64,000 nt of DNA from Marsupella aquatica (GCA_973895155.1 OZ316891.1:25543899-25607898), one strand, 5' to 3'. Shown: positions 1 to 13,481, counted from the stretch's first letter. Notes: generated by a model not told the origin, from the sequence alone. Numbers and translations: made by a program.

Positions 1-31
1 GGGAGACATATATAAAACAAACTCAAATATA

Positions 32-624
32 AAGCTCGGATAGACTGAGGGGTTTGTTCTGTCCAAATCCATGGACTGTGTGAAGTCATAGTTTTCATCG
101 AAAAGAAAAAGTGACTAGCTGCTTTTGGAAGGATGCTTTCACTTTGAAAGTGGCAGCCTGAATATGTCGTCTAAGTGCCCCAATCAATTGTAAACTGCTA
201 ATTGTTACCAGACTTGTGTATTTATTTGGGCACCTCCTGGGATTTTTTTTAGTCTCAAATTTTGTAAGTGTTCTTAGAGGCCCAATCTATTATCCAACAA
301 AGTTTCAAAATTTTCTGAGATTATTAGCTCTATTTCCAACAAACTCAAAAAAATGTCAATATTGTAAATCAAGTGTCAACAGAGCATTTCACTGTTGTGA
401 AGGACTCCTTGAGTAGTTTGGGCATGAGCAGCAAATTACCACCAGGCCACATAAACTAATTGAAACTAACTGCAAACTGTTAGGAGCTCATTTACAGGGG
501 ACAATTTCAGTCAAATTTGTAATAGTTGCTACCAGAGTCTTTTTAGACATTCCGGGCCAATCCATCCGAGGCTTGGGGAATCCCATTCGGACTTCACAGC
601 AAACCCCTCTGTGTATCCGAGCTG
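32..624. mobile_element. Tc1/mariner-like MITE (non-autonomous)
   Basis: Imperfect TIRs: left (a)agctcggatagactgagggggtttg; right, read as reverse complement, cagctcggatacacagaggggtttg. TA lies at 30-31 and 625-626. The interior is AT-rich and non-coding. Confidence 0.55.
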
Positions 625-713
625 TATTCTCAGGCAAACGCTAAACTAGAAGAAGACTAAAGGCAAATGCAAACCCCACAAAGCTATACTTTGTGTTCTA
701 CAAAAGTCATATT

Positions 714-871
714 TGTTGTAAGGTATAGAACAACTGATCCTTCATTCCCTTCCATATCCTTACATATAGGCTATCGAATAGCCAGGCAGTTAGACAGTTA
801 ATGTGGTCTAACCTGAGTAGGCGTAAACCTAGTTAACCTCATGTATGGTCTGGTTAACTCGGGTTACAACA
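714..871 (-). repeat. 3' LTR of copia element 1
   Basis: tgttgtaagg...ggttacaaca; a direct repeat of 6824-6981 (ggcagt vs ggcggt is the only difference seen). Confidence 0.97.
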
Positions 872-880
872 CTCCCCCTT
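872..880 (-). other. Polypurine tract of copia element 1
   Basis: AAGGGGGAG on the minus strand abutting the 3' LTR. Confidence 0.85.
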
Positions 881-1891
881 GGGTGTAACATGACCCGGGG
901 AGGAATGTTGCATCCACCTCTAGCCTACTCTAAATGTGAAATGTGTATTCTGAGGTTTGTGGTTTGGGGGGGGAATGTAACCTCATAAAAACCCCCCCTC
1001 CTTTCTTGCTGGGGGGAAAGAGTGTTACCATTCCATCCCTAAAAACCTTAGAATCATGGTTAAGTTATGAGTAATCGAGTTATTAGAGTTAAAATTGTGT
1101 AAGGGTGTCATATGCTATGTAACGTTATTGGAACTAGTAAAGACCTAAATGTCTCGTATGAGTTTCGAAAGTGAGAGAATTTGCGTGGCGATTTTTGGTG
1201 GTTGCAGTAGCAAGCTTTTGGTGTTGTCTGCTACAGTGTGAGGGTCGTCTCGAAGGAATGCACATCGCGGAAGTGTCTTTTTTGTAGTTTCGGCATTCTG
1301 TTGCTTCGAAGATCTTGAATGTGCTTTGGTTGGGTGGAGGGCGGACTCGTGTCTGAGATGATCGATGTGCGCTGCTCGGTTTCTTCACGTTAGATGGTTG
1401 ACGCGCGTTGTGGTCCTGGTCGTCTGTTAGATGTTGAGGGGCAATGGATTCAACTTTCTTCCTGAAGAAGTGATGCTGGGCCTAGGCGTGTTCATCACAA
1501 GGTCGGTGATTTTTGGTGGGAGGTGTCTGCAGCTGCATTGTTGGTGGTCGTTCTTTCTGAGGTCGGGCGATTCTTCTTTGTTCAGTTTGCTTGTGTGCGA
1601 TGGGAGTGTCGGGGAGCGGATGTGGCGAACTATGGCCGGTAAGATTTGTTCCCGGCTGCTTTACAGGCGAGGTTGCGCATTGCTCCCCCTGGGTCATTCA
1701 CTTTTGTGGCTCTCTTATAGTCATTCATTTTGTCATGTTGGCGTAGCTGCCGTTTCTTGTAGATGTCTATTGTGATCTTTGTTCGAGATCTGTTCGACTG
1801 AGGTGAGTTGGTCCGAGCTTCGCGGTGTAGTCTACGGATTGAGGTCTCCCCCTGAGCAAAATGAGCGCAACCACTGTAAGTATAAGTGTGT

Positions 1892-4800
1892 TTAATTTTG
1901 TAGTTCAGTTAAGGTCCGTAGACCTACTGAAATGGCATGTTGCTTATGTAATGCAGGAGGTAGGGATTTAGTAAACATATCGGCAATGTTCTTTGAGCTT
2001 TGTATCCATTTGACTTGAATACTACTGCCTTGTTGTTCATGCGTAAAGAAGAACTTAGGAGCGATGTGTTTGGTGCGATCTCCCTTGATAAAGCCTGCTT
2101 GAATTTGTTCAACGCAAGCTCGGTTATCTTCATGGATTTCTGTCGGTGTTGACAGTGTAGGTATGCCGGTATTCTCATGAATGTGATTGATAACGTTGCG
2201 TAGCCAGATACACTCCCTGCTTGACTCATAGAGAGCTATGATCTCTGAATGGTTTGATGATGTCGTGGTTAGTGTCTGCTTGCAGCTTCGCCATGAAATG
2301 GCTGTCTCGCCCATCAGGAAAACGTACCCTGTCTGGGACTTGGCGTCCTCAGGGTCTGAAAGGTAACCTGCATCAGCATACCCAGTGAGCAAATAATTAG
2401 TATTTGATGGGTAGAATAGTCCCAGATCCATGGTACCAGCTAGGTAGCAGAAAATGCGCTTTATGCCGTTCCAATGCCTAATAGTTGGCTTGGCACTGTG
2501 GCGTGCCAGTAAATTTACTGCAAAGGCTATGTCGGGCCTTGTCTGGTTCAAAAGGAACATCAAGACACCTATAGCAGATATGTATGGCTTTTCTGGGCCA
2601 AGTAGTGGCTCTGTTTTGCTCCTCTTCCGGAAGAGATCCTTTTCTTTGTCAAGTGAGCGAATGTCCATGGGAGATCTGACTGCAGTGGCTTTGTCCATGT
2701 TAAATTGCCTTAGTATCTTTTTGAGGTATGTGGACTGATGCAGTAGAATGCCATTGTGCAGGTGCTCAAATTGCAGGCCTAGGCAGAAAGAAGTTTGACC
2801 AAGGTCGCGCATTTCAAAGGCCTTTTTCAGTAATGTAATCGTTTCAGTCAGAATCTTTTTAGTTCCGAACAGGTTCAGATCGTCCACATAGATGGCTACA
2901 ATAATGAATTCTTTGTTCTCCCACTTCAGAAATAAGCAGGGTGCTATATCAGCATTCTGAAATCCCATAGCTTGCATCTCGGCCTTAAATCGTTTGTACC
3001 ATGTCAGGCCGCTTTGCTTAAGGCCATACAGCGATCTTAGCACCTGTACTACGAATCTAGTTCTCCGGGTGGTGTCCCTCTGATTCGGTGTAGGAGCTTT
3101 AAGGGCTATCTTGGCTGCAGTCTTGTGGAGTATTGCTGAATTTGTATGTTCGAATGTTTCCGGCTGATTTCGAGTTGCTGCAGTATGGAGTTGTTTCCCT
3201 TTGCTGTGGTATGCGACTCGTTTCACCAATGCTGGGGGGGCCTCCATGTATATAACTTTGTCTAAATGGCCGTATAAATATGCTGTTACAATGTCCATTT
3301 GGTGCATGGCGTTGTGAAAATGTAATGAGGTATCTGTAGGTAATGACATCCATTACCGGGGAGTATGTTAGGTCATAGTCCCTGCCAGGGACTTGAGTGA
3401 ATCCTCTGGCCACCAGTCTGGCCTTATGCCGTGTCACATCACCTTTCGCATTTCTTTTCTTGACTAATGTCCATTTATAGCCAGTGAGATGGGCTTCAGG
3501 TTCAGCTATTGTGATCGGTCCGAATACTTGGCGAGCTATGAGGGAGTCCAGTTCTAAGTGAATGGCCTGTTCCCATTCAGGCCAGTCAGGTTGGGCCTCA
3601 GCTTCTTTGATTGTGCGGGGGTCCGGCTGTTCGTCGTCGATCTGCTGTGCTATATGAAATGCAAATTGTTCGTCTATAGTAGTGTGCTCTCTGTCCCATA
3701 CATGCCCAGTTCTTCCGTAGTTGATTGAGATCTCGGCATTGTCTTCTGGTACATTGGATTGACTGGGAGTTGGGTCCCTGGTGGATGTACTGGGTACAGG
3801 TGTTGGGGCAGCTCTACGTTGTCGTGGTTGTCTGTCGACAGCTCCCAATGGGCGGCCTCTCTTTGCTTTTGGGGCTGTTGTTGTTGCTGGTGTGGTATCC
3901 ATTTGGATTCTGGATGGTGCATTTGCTGCTGGGATATGAGAGCGTGTCACCTGGGCGGCATCTGTGAAGGAGTCTGGTAGATGTTCTACCATCCTTGCTA
4001 AGTGTAAAGTTCGTTGTACTTCAGTGTCCGCGTGACTGTCCCTGGGGTCATTCCAGAATCCTGCATCAATTTGCCAAGTCAGTTGGGAGTTTTTCTCTGT
4101 GTCGTGATGCTTCGTATGTAGGCTTGGGAATATATCTTCATAAAAGTGGCAATCTACAAAGCGTGCTTTGAAGACATCAGAGGTTGTAGGTTCCATATAT
4201 TTGATAATGGAGGCTGAGTCAAAACCTATGTATATCCCTGGGTGTCTCTGGGGGCCCATCTTTGTTCTCATAGGTCCGAGGGTGGGAACCATTACCTTAC
4301 AGCCAAATGTTCTCAGGTGAGAGACATTTGGTATGGTCCCTAGTGCTAAATGATGTGGGGTAGAGGAGTTAAAGGATGATGGTCTGTAGCTGAGCAGTGC
4401 AGCAGAGTGGAGGATGGCATGGCCCCAGGCAGCTGTTGGTAGGTTCGACTGCATTAGGAGGGGCCAAGCAATCATCTGTAATCGTTTGATCAGGGATTCA
4501 GCTATGCCATTCTGAAAATGAACATGGGGCACTGGGTACTGTACATCTATGCCAGTCGCCTGGCAGTAATCTTCAAATGTTTTGGAGGTAAATTCTCCGG
4601 CATTGTCCACTCTGAGTGTTTTGATCTGGTGTTCGGGAAATTGTGCTCTCAGTTTTAGTATGTGCGCTAGGAGTCGGGAAAATACCAGGTTTCTTGTGGA
4701 TAATAAAGATATTTGACTCCATTTGGTTGATGCGTCTATGACCGCCAGGAAAAATTGGAATGGGCCGCTGGGGGGTCGATCGGCCCACATACATCGGCGT

Positions 4801-6532
4801 GTATGCGCTCCAGGAAGTGGGGAATTTGGCGCTCAGTTGTAGGTGGTGAGGGACGGATTATGAGCTTGCCCTGTGAGCAGGCTAAACAAGGGGCTTTTAT
4901 GGACGTAGGGTGGACAGTGTCCGGTATGCCGTGAGTTTCTCTGATAAGTTTCTGGAACATTGTTGTTCCCGGGTGGCCCAGTCTCCTATGCCAGATCTCG
5001 GTAAGTGTGCCTTGGAGTGTCCCAGTATAGAAACTGTGGATTTCAGTAGTGTAGCAACCGGGGGGTGATGCTCTCAAGATCTCTCTGATCTTGGTATTTA
5101 TTGGTTCCCCCGAGGTGATGTACAAGACTTCCCGTCCTTGTTGAGTGCCAGTTTTAATATATAACTTGTTAGCACGGATATCCCCAAAGCTTAGCAAGTT
5201 TCTGGTTGCCTTTGGGGCGTATATCGCTGACTCCACATGAATTATCGTCCCATGGGGTAGGGTGACCAATGCTGGTCCAAATCCCTCTTCCAATTGATGC
5301 TGGCCCATAATCGTTGTAAGTTTTCTTTGTGATGGTGTAATTTGCTTGAAGTATTCTTTGTGCTTGAAAATGGAATGTGATGTACCACTGTCTACTATGC
5401 AGTGAGAAGAATTGTCTTTTATATTAGAATCAGATGTGGTGTTTAATGTGACCATATGTATAGATGGTATGATCTCCGTAGATTCTAAAAAGGTCCCATA
5501 CGTCTCAGGTTCATTTTGTGCAGTGCTCTTCTTGTATAGTTGCACCAGGTGTGCGGGTGTACGGCAGAATTTTTGAATGTGGCCTTTAGTGCCACAACGA
5601 AAACAGGTAGAGGGGTTTTCGTATTTATCTCTTTGAGTGCTTTGTTGTTGATTTGTCCTCGCTCGGTGTTGGTAGTTGCCTTGCTGCCAATTGTTTCTGG
5701 AGTTATCGCCGGTGTTTTGGTATCTTCCCCTGGATCTGCCTCTGAAGTTGTTGCTTCTGCCTCCGCGTACTCTGAAAGAGCTGCCTCGGCCTCTGTATGT
5801 GGTTCTCCCCCTGAAACTGCCTCGACCACGGTAAGATGAGCCCTCTCCCCTCTGGGTTGTAACATAGTGGGATTCTGAATTTGTGACTGGAGGGAGAGTA
5901 CCAGGGGGTCGTTTTTGGGAATTCTGTAATAGCAATAGCTGGTGCTTTTCAGCCAGGAGCATATGGGCAATCAACTCGGAGTATTGTGTGAATCGCATAT
6001 TGCGATATTGGGTAGAGAGAATGAGATTTGTAGAGTGAAGGGTAGAGAGCGTTTTCTCAATCTGTTCGTCATCATTAACGGGATGGCCACATATGGCCAA
6101 TTGGGATACAATCCGAAATAATTCGCAATTGTAATCCGCGATTGTTTTATGGTCCTGGACCCGGAGATTTATCCAATCGTGTCTGGCCGCAGGCAGGTGT
6201 ATGGTACGCGTGTGGTCGAAGCGTGATTGAAGTGCATCCCAAAGGACTCTCGGATTGTATTCGTTCATGTACTGTCGCTTCAAGGAGTCACTCAAATGGT
6301 GTCGAATTAGTATCAATGCCTGCGCTTTTTGCTGAAGTGTTTGGCCATTGTCAGTTATTACTGTGTCCTGTAGATTCTTTGAAGTTAGGTGAGCTTCAGC
6401 ATCGAGCGTCCAGGACAAATAGTTGGCACCATCGATGCTGAGTGGTTGAAATAAGAGTTTCTCCATAGAATTCTTTGACATATTACAAGATTCTAGTGGT
6501 ATAATTTCTTGTTGGTAAGCACAAGGTTGCAA
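1892..6532 (-). pseudogene. gag-pol polyprotein broken into three ORFs (4736-6532, 3099-4790, 1892-3349)
   Basis: Zinc knuckle CFRCGTKGHIQKFC; protease IVDSGTSH; GAG-pre-integrase WHRRLGHP; integrase DNAGEF and NGIAE; RT YGLKQSG and IYVDD; RNase H GYADAGY, EDN and ADMFTK. Frameshifts lie at the G6 run (4770-4775) and at about 3305. Confidence 0.95.
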
Positions 6533-6805
6533 TTGTATTTTGGGTGTCGAATCTCAATTTCGTTCCATTGTTGAAATTTGAGAAAGAGGAAATGGAATTG
6601 CAAGTTGTAGTTGGTGAATTGTAATTTCTTATCTCAATCGTCCGATTCGTCCAATGTGTAATCTTGATTTATAACATTCCATCCCCCTTGGTTGATCTGG
6701 CCACCGCTGCACCTCCGCCTGCCATCAATCCTTTCCTAAGAGGTTGCCAATCTATCTCAAGAGAAGAAAAGAGGAGATAATTTTTAAAAAAGTTTGATTC
6801 AAATC

Positions 6806-6823
6806 AGCATCGTGCTGATAACG
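6806..6823 (-). other. Primer-binding site of copia 1 (half-tRNA-Ile type)
   Basis: Minus strand reads CGTTATCAGCACGATGCT directly after the 5' LTR. This is complementary to the anticodon-arm region of tRNA-Ile(AAU/IAU), not to a 3' CCA end. Confidence 0.8.
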
Positions 6824-6981
6824 TGTTGTAAGGTATAGAACAACTGATCCTTCATTCCCTTCCATATCCTTACATATAGGCTATCGAATAGCCAGGCGGT
6901 TAGACAGTTAATGTGGTCTAACCTGAGTAGGCGTAAACCTAGTTAACCTCATGTATGGTCTGGTTAACTCGGGTTACAACA
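6824..6981 (-). repeat. 5' LTR of copia element 1
   Basis: Direct repeat of 714-871, adjacent to the PBS. Confidence 0.97.
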
Positions 6982-7399
6982 ATATTTACATTGTTTAGCT
7001 TCTAGTCCTGTTTCCTTCCTGCTGCTTACTGAGATTCCAGTACTGAGTTAGAAGTTTAGCACTGTAACATGGACTCGTCCCCTTCTTGAGCATCATATTA
7101 GCCTTAATGATTTACAAGATGTTGTGTGCCAGAATGCTCCAAGAACGAGAGCTTCAGCCCAACTTTAGGGGGCCTACCATTACCCATAATTATCTCGTAA
7201 AAGGACCTACATACACTTGAAGGCCTCACACATTTTATATTTTACCAGAGAAATAAAAATAGAGAAGTATTTTATAAGGAGCTGATCCAAAGTTTGACTG
7301 TGCATTCTTCTCCATAAATGCCTTTAAAATTGCAAAGAGAAAATCACTAAGAGCATCAAGTCAACTAGACAAGTACATTAGTTTTCATGAGCCAAACCT

Positions 7400-10300
7400 G
7401 AAAGAGCTCACCTTCAACTAGCAACTTCCTGACTGAGTGAAATGGGTGCAGATTGTGACAAAAGTGGAGCGTCAGTCTTCTGGTAGACGGCGAGACCTCT
7501 GACTGTTCCTAACCTCTACAGTAGTAGAACTCCATTATTCGTCGAGTTTCTCGGCCCCGATCTCAAATGCAGTCAATCGCTTGGTACTTTAGAGTATTGA
7601 GCTCCACGTCTGAGTAACCAGAGTTCAGCCTCTGCGATAACTTACCACCCTCGAGATGGTCGATGAGCTTGTGGAAGAAGACTGAGACAGTTCTTGTCGG
7701 CTCGACGCAGGAAAGAAGAATGAGATCATCATCATGACTAATAGTTCCGAAATTGACTGGAGAGATTTTTACATCCTATCGTTGGTAAATATGACATGGT
7801 GTAAAGCGATTCGAAGCCGCCAGGTCTCTGATGAGCGAGGTTGCCTTCGTTCCCCAGAGAGGTTCTCTTCAGACACTACGTGTGTGAATCGGTCCTTGAA
7901 TTGATTGCTCTCTACTCCATGAAGCTCTACTCCATGAAGGGCAATTCAGGTTACAAATTCCCTCCAATCAATCACACCTTGTGCTAGAGGCCTGAGTAGG
8001 TGCGGCTCAAGCGTATCTACTGTTGACAAATATGTCGTGAGATATTCAAGGTGTCTGTCTGTATTCGATGTGACAGGCAATGGGAATAGTGTGAGAAGAT
8101 CGATGCAGGTAAAAAGTACAAGTTTGGATGTGGTATCTGGACGGGAAGATTTACATGTTTGGCGGCAGGTGTGGCCGTCATCCTGTGTATAGGTAACAGG
8201 TGTATGATCCCAAGAAAAACACTTGGTTTGGATGAAGCCCATGGCATCTTTACCGAATAGGCATAGAGTAGCAATGACGGAAGACAAGCTTTTTGTTCAT
8301 GGCGGAAATGTGTATCATCCAAGTTACTTTCATTCGCCAAGAAATCGATAGATTGATGCTAACAGTCTGAAGGCAAATGAACTGTTTGGAAATCTATGAG
8401 TGGACAGTGGTGGAATTAATTGTTGAAAGGACAGCCCCAACCTTCCTCCATCGGACAAGACAGCCGCGAAGCTGTATGGCAAAAGGGAAATTCTATTCCA
8501 TGACTCCTGCTGGTATGGAGGTCTATGATTTTGAGACAAAATCATAGACGTGCATCCATTTTCGTTTCCTGGGATTGGGCCAATTACTGGTCTTGTTGTG
8601 CCGGCGACTGTAATACTTTAGCTGTTGATGATGAACTCCCGGATTTGTGCATATGCTTAACAGCGAGGAATGCATCGAAAAGAGCATGTCTTATTAAAAG
8701 TAGTGGCCTTGGTGGCGAGAACAAACACATGCGGCACGACGCGCGAAGTCCTTATTCTTTTACCAATTAGCCTCCACCTTCCGGTTATCGGTGCAAAGTA
8801 TTTTTAATGTCCCCTATTCAACTTTGAGAAGGCAATTGGGGGCAAAGCTTCACCTTTTCTCTTAGCTCTAGTCGATTTTGATTTGAATAAATCTCTATTT
8901 GTAACCCACGGTTGGCTGTCAGTCCACTATTGACGGAAATGCTTCTTGTATATGATCGAAAACAATGGATTCATCACCTCATGATTCCTTAGTGAAGGAT
9001 CGGCCAAAACGTGGCCGGCCACAGTTTCAAAGTAGACACTTTGTAATCCAGGTCAGTTCTTTCTAGCAGTTTCGGCCACTGTCGATGGCTCTCAGTAGAG
9101 GACTTAAGAAAACCTGGGTGGTGATTTGATGGGCTTTTGTGAAATATCAATTCAAGGAATTCAACCGAGTTGTAAAACGGGTAATAGAGGAAGCGCCCTT
9201 TCCAAGTTCCCAAGTCTCATTTGGAGCTAGACTGCGACATTTTGGTCATGGATTTCAATACGAATGACAGCCATTCATTTTATTAATTTGAGTAATTGTG
9301 TTAGTCATGTGTGCTGAGCTGGATCTGACCACCGCTGCAGTACGTGGTGTGTTTTGAATATATAGATGATGTGTGTATTTCGTAATCTGTATGACTGCAA
9401 CATATTGGCTAGCCATGCCCAGGTCGAAAGAGAGGCTGACACCAAACATGGGACTCGGTGTCAGCCTCTCTTTGAATGAGCAATTCAATCTATCTTCCTC
9501 TCACTCTATATGACTCATTTGGTCTGATGAATATTTCTAATCCAACATATGAATGTGGGTCAGAAATGTGAAGGACATTGGTCCTGTCCCACATTGCATC
9601 GAATACTATACCGGCTCTAACTAGGAATGTTTTATAGAATAAGTTGCACAAATTCCTTTCGTTCCTCTCACCTACACTTCTTTGCCACTGACGAAATTTT
9701 TCACCCAGCAAAAATCGTTAGCTCATCGCCACTGGCTCTCGCACTGGCTCCCACTGGGCTACGTAGAATTCCAATTGGCTCTTCAAACGTTCCGTCTCTT
9801 TGGCGATTAACGGGTGACAGAATTTCAAAAGGAAATGTAAGTAACCGAGAGATGCAATTGAGTACAGGAATTTCCTTCAGGCAAGATCTACTTTTGTGTA
9901 GTCAATGATTTTGGCTGGGTCTGAGCGAAATTGAGTGACTTTTACAGGCATGGACAGTATCGGACAGAGGTTGTGAGACGTTAAATCTCAACTTTTCTTA
10001 TGTTTGTCCAAATATGTCAAGTCCTTTGAAAAAAACTTTCTCAATAATAAAAACCAAGAATTGTAGAGATTCTCATCCTTGGTGACCGATAGCTAAACTC
10101 ACTCATTTATCAAGATCTGTGTTGAAGGTTTTAATATCGAAAATACAGGCTGTGACATGCACATCAATTTGGAAACGCTGCAGCTTATTGACGTGCCCAC
10201 ACATTAGGAGTGACACTCCTAATAATTTGATTTGTCCATTTTGATTGACAGGTTCATATGAATTGAATTGATAGCTTAGACATACAATTCTATCAACCTT

Positions 10301-11450
10301 GCAAATATCATCTGATGATGAACGAACTATGATAAGAAACTGAATGACTGGTTAGTAAATCTCTCCTCCATGGAAAGATACTCCTTGAGGTGCATTGAAA
10401 ATATCCCACTCCAAATGAGTTTCCACAATGTCACGAAAAGCTTCTGGTATCAAGCGACGCAGGACCTCAAACCGTTTGCAAGTATCAGGGGCATCATCAG
10501 GAATGTAGACCCAAATCTTTACGGGTCGCCATGCTTCAATAAAGCCGGCCAACTCATCAATTCGCTCCACGTAGTCTATGAGAGGAGTGAGCTCCAGTTG
10601 ATCAACAAACAATGTGCGATTCGGCACATCAAATTTCCACCATATGTACTCCCACAGAGAATCGACCGGGCTCATGATAAATCCCTCATGGTTTGGAGTA
10701 CTGTAAGGAAGAATGCTTTCTATAGATAGTCCCATGTCCAAAGTGACTCATGGAGGATGTCTCTTACTTGTTTCATAACTCTCAGCTTTTATTTGTTCAT
10801 TACTATGAGCTTCAAGACATCCAGCAAAAGATGACTGTTAAACCTGATTTGAAGGTGGACATGAGGTGCACAATTGTTTTTTGTTTTTTTTTTCGGCCTT
10901 GGAAAGTCAATCTGAATCCATAAACCATGAGCTGCAGGAATATATGGTTCAAACACGGTTTCTCCATCAAATCACCTACTTGCGAGATGTCAAATCAATA
11001 ATTTCTTCGGTTTTTTGGTTACTTTTTGGTAGGGGAAAGTCTGTAATAATGAGTTATAACCTCGGATGGGATCTCAAAATGCCTTTTGTATGAAAGTAAA
11101 GGAGTTTTACTCTAATCGACCTCCAAAACACTGCAGCTATTGATGGTTTTATTTTATTTTTAATGTAGAGGTCGATGCTGCTCTGCTATTGAAAAGGATT
11201 GAAATATTCTCCGATTCATACATACCTTGGGGATGCGCTCATCAAATCAAGTTTCTCGAATTTGATTTGGGACATGTCAGATTTGGGGCACTTGCTCTTG
11301 GATGCTTCATGTCTTTCCTTTAGAAACTACACATTGCGTTAGTTCGTAGATAGCAATTCTGTGGACGTAATAAGTGGTATATCTTCATCCTGTGGCTCCT
11401 TGGCTGCATGGTTGTCACGTGGTATCGTCACATTCCTCCCTACATTATGG
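7400..11450 (-). pseudogene. Degenerate coding relic(s) of unknown family
   Basis: A chain of short, protein-like minus-strand ORFs (7946-8287, 8330-8545, 8989-9213, 9490-9711, 10352-10741) separated by stops and frameshifts. No motif recognised. Confidence 0.25.
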
Positions 11451-12368
11451 GCAGAAAACAGTGAGGCTTCATTGCAATAAATCAACATTCACTAAAGTAT
11501 TGACTTGCAGATGCACCCTTTGCACTATTGACACAAGAAGAGGCCTATCATAGCCACTTGCTGGTGCAGAATAGGGAGAGAGCTGGGTTTGGGAACTTTT
11601 AATGCCCTGATGTCAACGAACAAAATCTCACTACCCAATCGGCTGGTTGTGGACCCAACAAGGTGGTGGCGACATGGCCACAAATATGATGAAGTTTAAT
11701 AATCTGGATAATCATTATGAGTGGAACAATGTTTAGCTTTAATGGAATGGAACAATGGTCCATGTGATGTTAGTAGTATTATAGTTATTTACCCGTACCG
11801 TGCTGTCTTGATGGTGGTCCAGGTGGATACGTAACTGTCCATATGAACCTTTATCACATTATTTGTTTATGACAAATATGGACAATATGCCTCTCACTTG
11901 TGGATTCTTTCTCAGTTATAAAATAAGGTATGTACGAGGAGAGAAAACTAAGAAGTTGAAAACGTTTGTCTGTTCCATTTCCTATCCAACTGGATTTTCT
12001 TTTGTCATCTTTGAATAGTCCCTTTTGGATTTTGAATTTCTCGTTCAATTGATTGTTTGGCATGGGCAGAAAACAAATTACATTCCAAAAGTAGTAATTT
12101 TCAATTGTCAAGCATTTAGTGTAAAAGGTAACTTGACATTAGATTTGTTGAACACGGTCTGCTTGTGATGATTTTAGTTCCTATTGGGAAAGTTGGGTTT
12201 GAAGTGCGTGTGGTGCAGATCATCCTTTTTCAAAAAATGCATTAGAAGCATTTTGAACACAAACGAGGCCCTTAAGCCTTTGTCAAAAAGGTTCTAGTTG
12301 GCACCTGCCCGATTCTTGGCTTGGCTGCCCAATCTCAGAACAGACGGGTGAGATTAGTCGCATCGTAG

Positions 12369-12977
12369 TTGCCTGTAAGGAAAAGTCTGTCGTTCTTGCC
12401 AATCTTGAAAAGAAATGGCATGCATTGGGTATCCGTATCGTACCCAATGCATGAACGGCTTTCTCAGAGAGGACTGGCGCCAAGGGAGGAGCATTGCAAT
12501 GATCTTGGCCTTTTGAATCCCGCAATTGAAGCTTTTGAATCCTGTGAAGCTTTTGAATCCTACGAAGCCTTTGAATCCTACGTTCACCAATTTGAAATGC
12601 TTTTAATTTGGGCGGCACATCAACCGGTTGCAACTCCCATCACAGCTCAGGGGATTACGCTCACTCACATGACTGGCTGGATTAAAGCACTTGCCAGATT
12701 TGGGCTCGACAACGTAGTTCATATGCAGAGCAGACATTCAAAACTCTTTGCCCTCCAAGAATTGTCGATCCTGGAAGCACAATTAATTTCTCGATGGCAT
12801 TCAAGCACTTATACTTGCCGCAGGTTAAACTTGTCGCAGGAGGCCATCGTTCATTTCCTGATGGTTTTGCGTTGGCGCAATCCCAGGTTTATCACAGCAA
12901 AAACGGTAGCAAACCAGCGGATCAAATGTATGGATCTATCATCACCCTCCAGCCTTACCTTTGTTCATTGGGCCTAG
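12369..12977 (+). CDS. Hypothetical protein (~200 aa) with an 18-bp triplication (EAFESC/EAFESY/EAFESY)
   Basis: Open frame of 202 codons; no recognisable domain. Confidence 0.25.
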   Translation: MPVRKSLSFLPILKRNGMHWVSVSYPMHERLSQRGLAPREEHCNDLGLLNPAIEAFESCEAFESYEAFESYVHQFEMLLIWAAHQPVATPITAQGITLTHMTGWIKALARFGLDNVVHMQSRHSKLFALQELSILEAQLISRWHSSTYTCRRLNLSQEAIVHFLMVLRWRNPRFITAKTVANQRIKCMDLSSPSSLTFVHWA

Positions 12978-13317
12978 GAACGTTACACCTCAACATCAGT
13001 CGTTTCAATTAGCTTAAGCATTTTTGGAGATTTTCTTCTACCCATGCATGTACAACAAGAGGTAGATCTTTCCGTGGCCCGTGTAAACTAATTAAGGAGT
13101 ATATGCTTTGATTACTGTACATGTATGAACTTGCTTGAAATTTGCTGTGTTTGCTTGACTGGAGACGGCATGCAGCCGCTTTGAGCGATCATTAAGCTTG
13201 GGTGAGGACAGTCTCGGTGAAGAAGAGAGTTGAGGTGAGGCAGGTTGGCTGGATGCCCTAGTATTTTTCAAAACACCGGCACCCTGAATCACTTCCTCTG
13301 TGGGAGAATGAGAATGG

Positions 13318-13481
13318 TGTTGTGTGACAATGGAGAGACTTGCAACTCGCTGTTGTGTTCCATTATGGGTGTGACTTATATAGTCACCATAGGGTTACAT
13401 GTTGGGGTTGGTGTTAACCCATGTTACCCCTTCAGGATAGGGTTAGGGGTTAACCATGGTCTAGAGTAAATGGTTACAACA
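13318..13481 (-). repeat. 3' LTR of copia element 2
   Basis: tgttgtgtgac...ggttacaaca; followed on the plus strand by cttcccctt (the PPT complement). Confidence 0.97.

Larger units (their letters stand above)
714..6981 (-). mobile_element. Ty1/copia LTR retrotransposon, Bianca lineage, full length, frameshifted
   Basis: 158-bp LTRs (TG...CA) differing at 1 position. TSD ATATT at 709-713 and 6982-6986. PBS and PPT present; domain order gag-PR-IN-RT-RH. Confidence 0.97.

Noticed and set aside
4736-4790. Programmed ribosomal frameshift in copia 1
   Set aside because: It falls inside integrase at a homopolymer, and copia 2 is continuous here, so a mutation or sequencing error is more likely.
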